From Eledone cirrhosa (Eukaryota): a stretch of DNA of 64,000 nt. Below are positions 60,489-64,000 of the stretch, piece after piece. The notes below the pieces were generated by a model. That model saw only the letters and a list, made by a program, of their open reading frames with translations, had not been told where the DNA came from and did no database searches. The stretch lies in NCBI GenBank assembly GCA_964016885.1, contig OZ024743.1:166470001-166534000 (forward strand), given 5' to 3'. The position numbers and the translations under genes are program-made. Numbering within the stretch: the stretch's first letter is position 1; each line of letters starts with the position of its first letter.

Positions 60489-62454
60489 TATGTCCGCTTT
60501 TCCCTACTTGCAAGGGTGGGACGGGTCTTATTAAGCATGGCATCTCTCCATTCGCCACGGTCCTTTGTCATCTCCTCCGTGAGCTTCAACAATCTGAGGT
60601 CTGCTCTCACCGCCCATGTTTTTTGAGGTCTTCCTTCTACTGGGATTTCTCGGCACTTCTTTACCCAGCCATCATATTCCATGCGCATCACATGTCCATA
60701 CCAACACAGTCCTCTCTCATGCACACTACAGCCTATCCCTCTTATACACAGTTTCTCTCTCAACTCGTTTATGCTTGGTCATTCACGCACATCCAATGGA
60801 GCATGCTTGCTTCATTTCTCTCCAGCCATCGCATATCCTCTGCAGTTGCTGCCCATGTCTCACTACCATGCAGCATCGCGCATCTCACACAGGCATCATA
60901 TAACCGGCTTTTCGTTCATAGGGAGAAACCCTTCTTTGTCAACAGAGGAAGCAGCTCCCTAAACTTCTTCCAACCCGTCCTTATTCAGGATACTATGGCC
61001 TCGGAGCACCCTCCTCCCTTACTAATCTGATCACCTAGGTATCGGAAGCTCTCAACCACCTCTATAGTTCCTACCTGCATTTGAAAAATGTGTCTATCAC
61101 TGCAACTTCTACTGTCAAATTTCCCTGTACATCTACTGCATATATAGTTTTCCCTACCTGTTAGCTTGCCTGCTATCCCACTACATTGTGTACATTCTAT
61201 AGAATTTATGCCAGTTCCTTTTCTATATATTGAACATAGCCATTTCCCTGACGGAATCAGAGTTTTGTCCTCTTTTCTACTCAACACTTTTGTCTTAGCT
61301 AGGTTCACCCTCAGTCCTCTTCATTCCAACTGCTGTTTCCATAGCCAGAATTTATTCTCTAGCTCCTCTACTGATTCTGCTATAAGTACCAGATCGTCAG
61401 CATAGAGAAGTTCCTGTGTAGCTAGTCTTAAACTCCTCTGTTATGGCTTGGAGGACTATAATGAACAAGAGCAGGCTGAGGACTGAACCCTGATGTACCC
61501 TTACTTGTATTTGGAATTCCTCACTAAACTCCATTCCTACTCTCACTTTACTGACAGCACCCCTGTACATAGCTTGCACTGTCCTCACAAGCCATTCGTC
61601 TACACCTAGTTTCCTTAGCTGACAGATCGGGGTACTCTATCAAAGGCCTTCTAGCTAAGTATAGTGGCTTATTCTTTAAGAACCTCTCTTGTAGTTGCCT
61701 CACTATGAAGAGGGCATCTGTTGTACTTTTCGGAGGCACAACACCAAACTGCATCTCATCTAATTTTTCCCTTTCTTTAATTAGTTGCGCTAGTATTCTT
61801 TCTGCCACTTTCATAACCTGATCCATCAGTTTTATGCCCCTATAATTGCTCCTCTCCAGAGCATCCCCTTTACCTTTGTATCAATTTATGAGAATACTGC
61901 TGCACCAGTCTTTGGGTATGACTCCGCCATATATAGCTTGGTTGATGATGCGTGCAATTTAGTACCTACTTCTGCTGCCTTCAACATCTCAGCAACTATC
62001 CCCGACGATCCAGTGGCCTTACCACTTTTCATTTCCTTAATTGCCTCTTTGACCCTATAGTTGTCAATCTCAATAGCTAGTCCCTCTGTTGGGTCTACCA
62101 GGGGTAATTTCTCTCTGTCCCATTCGTTCTCAATATTCATCAGTCTCTCATAATGACATTTTCTGAGCATCAGTGACACTAAGTATACCCGCATCATTTC
62201 GGACACATTTATCTCCAACAACATCCCGATTTACACTGACACACTGCCTTGCAATGCGGAACACCGCCCGTCTCTGATCTGCTCGTCGCAAAACATTGGT
62301 AAACCTCCTACTCTTAGCTTCCTTGCGTGCTAAGTACACCTGACGTCTAGCTTCTCTTTTAGCGGATGTGTATCGGTCTCTACTCCCACCATTTTTCCAA
62401 TCCTTCCATGCTAGTCTTTTGTCGCTAATGGCCCTATCTACTGTGCTGTTCCAA
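60489..62454 (-). mobile_element. RTE LINE (RT half) inserted antisense within the plus-strand RTE
   Basis: WNSTVD; NYRGIKLMDQ; HQGSVLS; YADD; F.YLGD; WYGHVMRM; ends with tail remnant GGAAAAGCGGACATA. Confidence 0.85.
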
Positions 62455-63903
62455 ACTTTTAAAAAACAGACAATAGCTTGATCATCTATAGATCAGATCC
62501 TAACCAGAAGACGAGACAGAGTTACTGTTGTAAACAAAGTCCTTTCCCGATGAAGAATGCATCTCCCAACACAACCTAAAACTTGACGACAGATGACAAC
62601 CTCAAGGAGAAGAACGGGGAAGTTGAAGGACCCCACAGCCAGTAACAAATTTAGAGCAAATAGAGATGTACAATATAGAAGAGCAGTGGGAATACCTGAA
62701 AGATAATCTATTGAAGGTGACAAATGAAATCTGTGGTTGGAACAGGTTTCTAGGGAGAAGGATAGTAACTTGGTGGTGGAATAGTAGGGTAGAGGAGACA
62801 ATTAAAGCCAAAAGGCAGGCATGGAGAAAATAGAGAACACTACCAGGTGACTAGGAGAAAAGTATACTTTGCAAGAAGGGAAGCAGAAGATATAAAATTT
62901 AAGCATGTTCTGCAACGTGAGGACCAAAGGCATGAGGTGTTTAGGATTGCGAGACAATGTGTCAGGGAAAATTGTGATATTGTTGGGGAGAAGTGTGCCC
63001 ATATGATAATGGAGTAATTGCCCTCACTGATGTTGAAAAGAAGGTAGTATGGAAGAGCCACTATGAAAGACTACTAAATGAGGAGAATGAATGAGATGAA
63101 GATATTTTGCCACAAGTTGACCCAACAGAGGGACCAGCTGTGCAAGTTAATGGTGGTATAGTAAATAAGGCAATCAAAGATATGAAGACAGGCAAGATAG
63201 TAGCTGAGATGTTGAAAGCATCTGGAATGGTGGGACACACCATAGTCACACGTATTGTAAACCAAGTAATACAAAATGAGGTCATACCCAATGACTGGCA
63301 CAACAGCATCATTGTCAACTGCTATAAGGGTAAAGGAGATGCTCTAGACAGAAAAAATTATAGAGGCATTAAGTTGGTTGACCAGGTCATAAAGGTCACA
63401 GAAAGTTACCGCACAACTGATTAGGGATTGAATTAACCTTGATGAAATGCAGTTTGGATTTGAGCCAGGTAAAAGTACCATGGATGCTCTCTTCCTTGTG
63501 AGGCAACTGCAGAAGTACCTAGCTTTTGTTGAACTGGAGAAAGTCTTTGACAGAGTCCCTCGTTCCATTATCTACTAGGAGTAGATGAGTGGCTTATGAA
63601 AGCTATACAAGCCATGTATAGAGGAACAGCCTGCAAGGTTAGAATTAACAATGACTATAATGAAGAATTTAACATACAGGTAGGCGTTCATCAGGGCTCC
63701 GTCATTAGCCCTCTCCTGTTTATTATTGCCCTGCAAGCTATAACAGAAGAGTTTAAGACTGGCTGCTCATGGGAACTGTATGCAGATGATCTTATTCTCA
63801 TAGCTGAATCTATGGCTGAACTAGAGAAATTCCAAACCTGGGAGCATAGCCTAAAATCAAAAGGTCTTAGAGTTAATTTGTCAAAGACTAAAGTTCTAGT
63901 ATC
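62455..63903 (+). mobile_element. Continuation of the plus-strand RTE (end of APE plus RT)
   Basis: NF.KTDN.LI.YRS; VTWWWN; NYRGIKLVDQ; QFGF; HQGSVISPLLF; YADDL; VNLSKTKVL. Confidence 0.85.
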
Positions 63904-64000
63904 ACCATCATCACCGTTTTACATCAATGTTTCCACGCTTGCATGGGTTAAACAGGTTGTCGTGTTGTGGGCAATGCCAGGTCAGGTGACCATGTCTTGC
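63904..64000 (-). mobile_element. RTE 3' tail (window edge)
   Basis: CACCATCATCACCGTTTTACATC..TTTCCACGCTTGCATGGGTTA matches the tail at 43298. Confidence 0.6.

Noticed and set aside
1-64000. CRISPR arrays, operons or other prokaryotic systems
   Set aside because: The sequence is metazoan (spliceosomal introns, U2, SINEs/LINEs); no repeat-spacer arrays seen

Overview
Eukaryotic (animal) genomic DNA, AT-rich and dominated by transposons. The tRNA-derived SINE family and the RTE LINEs with (GAT)n tails resemble those of octopod cephalopods; this taxon call is an inference from recalled repeat families. One host gene can be reconstructed by hand: fucose-1-phosphate guanylyltransferase (FPGT) on the minus strand, with three coding exons, complement(join(29223..30751,32592..32765,42711..42792)), giving 594 aa with canonical GT-AG phase-1 introns. 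The rest is nested mobile DNA: Penelope-like (PLE) RT/GIY-YIG fragments, four degenerate Gypsy LTR retrotransposons plus a non-coding LTR element nested in an LTR, RTE LINEs, a CRE-like fragment, a maT/DD37D transposase relic, several MITEs, SINEs, microsatellites and a 5'-truncated U2 snRNA copy. Most ORFs in the supplied track are spurious or TE fragments. The most unusual observations are (1) a complete GTAAGT...TTTCAG intron-like insert inside an RTE reverse-transcriptase frame, (2) a PHD + CRE-type RT fused to a Penelope GIY-YIG/hammerhead tail, (3) a U2 snRNA-SINE chimera, (4) degenerate hammerhead ribozyme motifs pointing at (TA)n tracts, and (5) non-canonical TA termini shared by several LTR families. 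No tools were run; all alignments and coordinates were read by eye.
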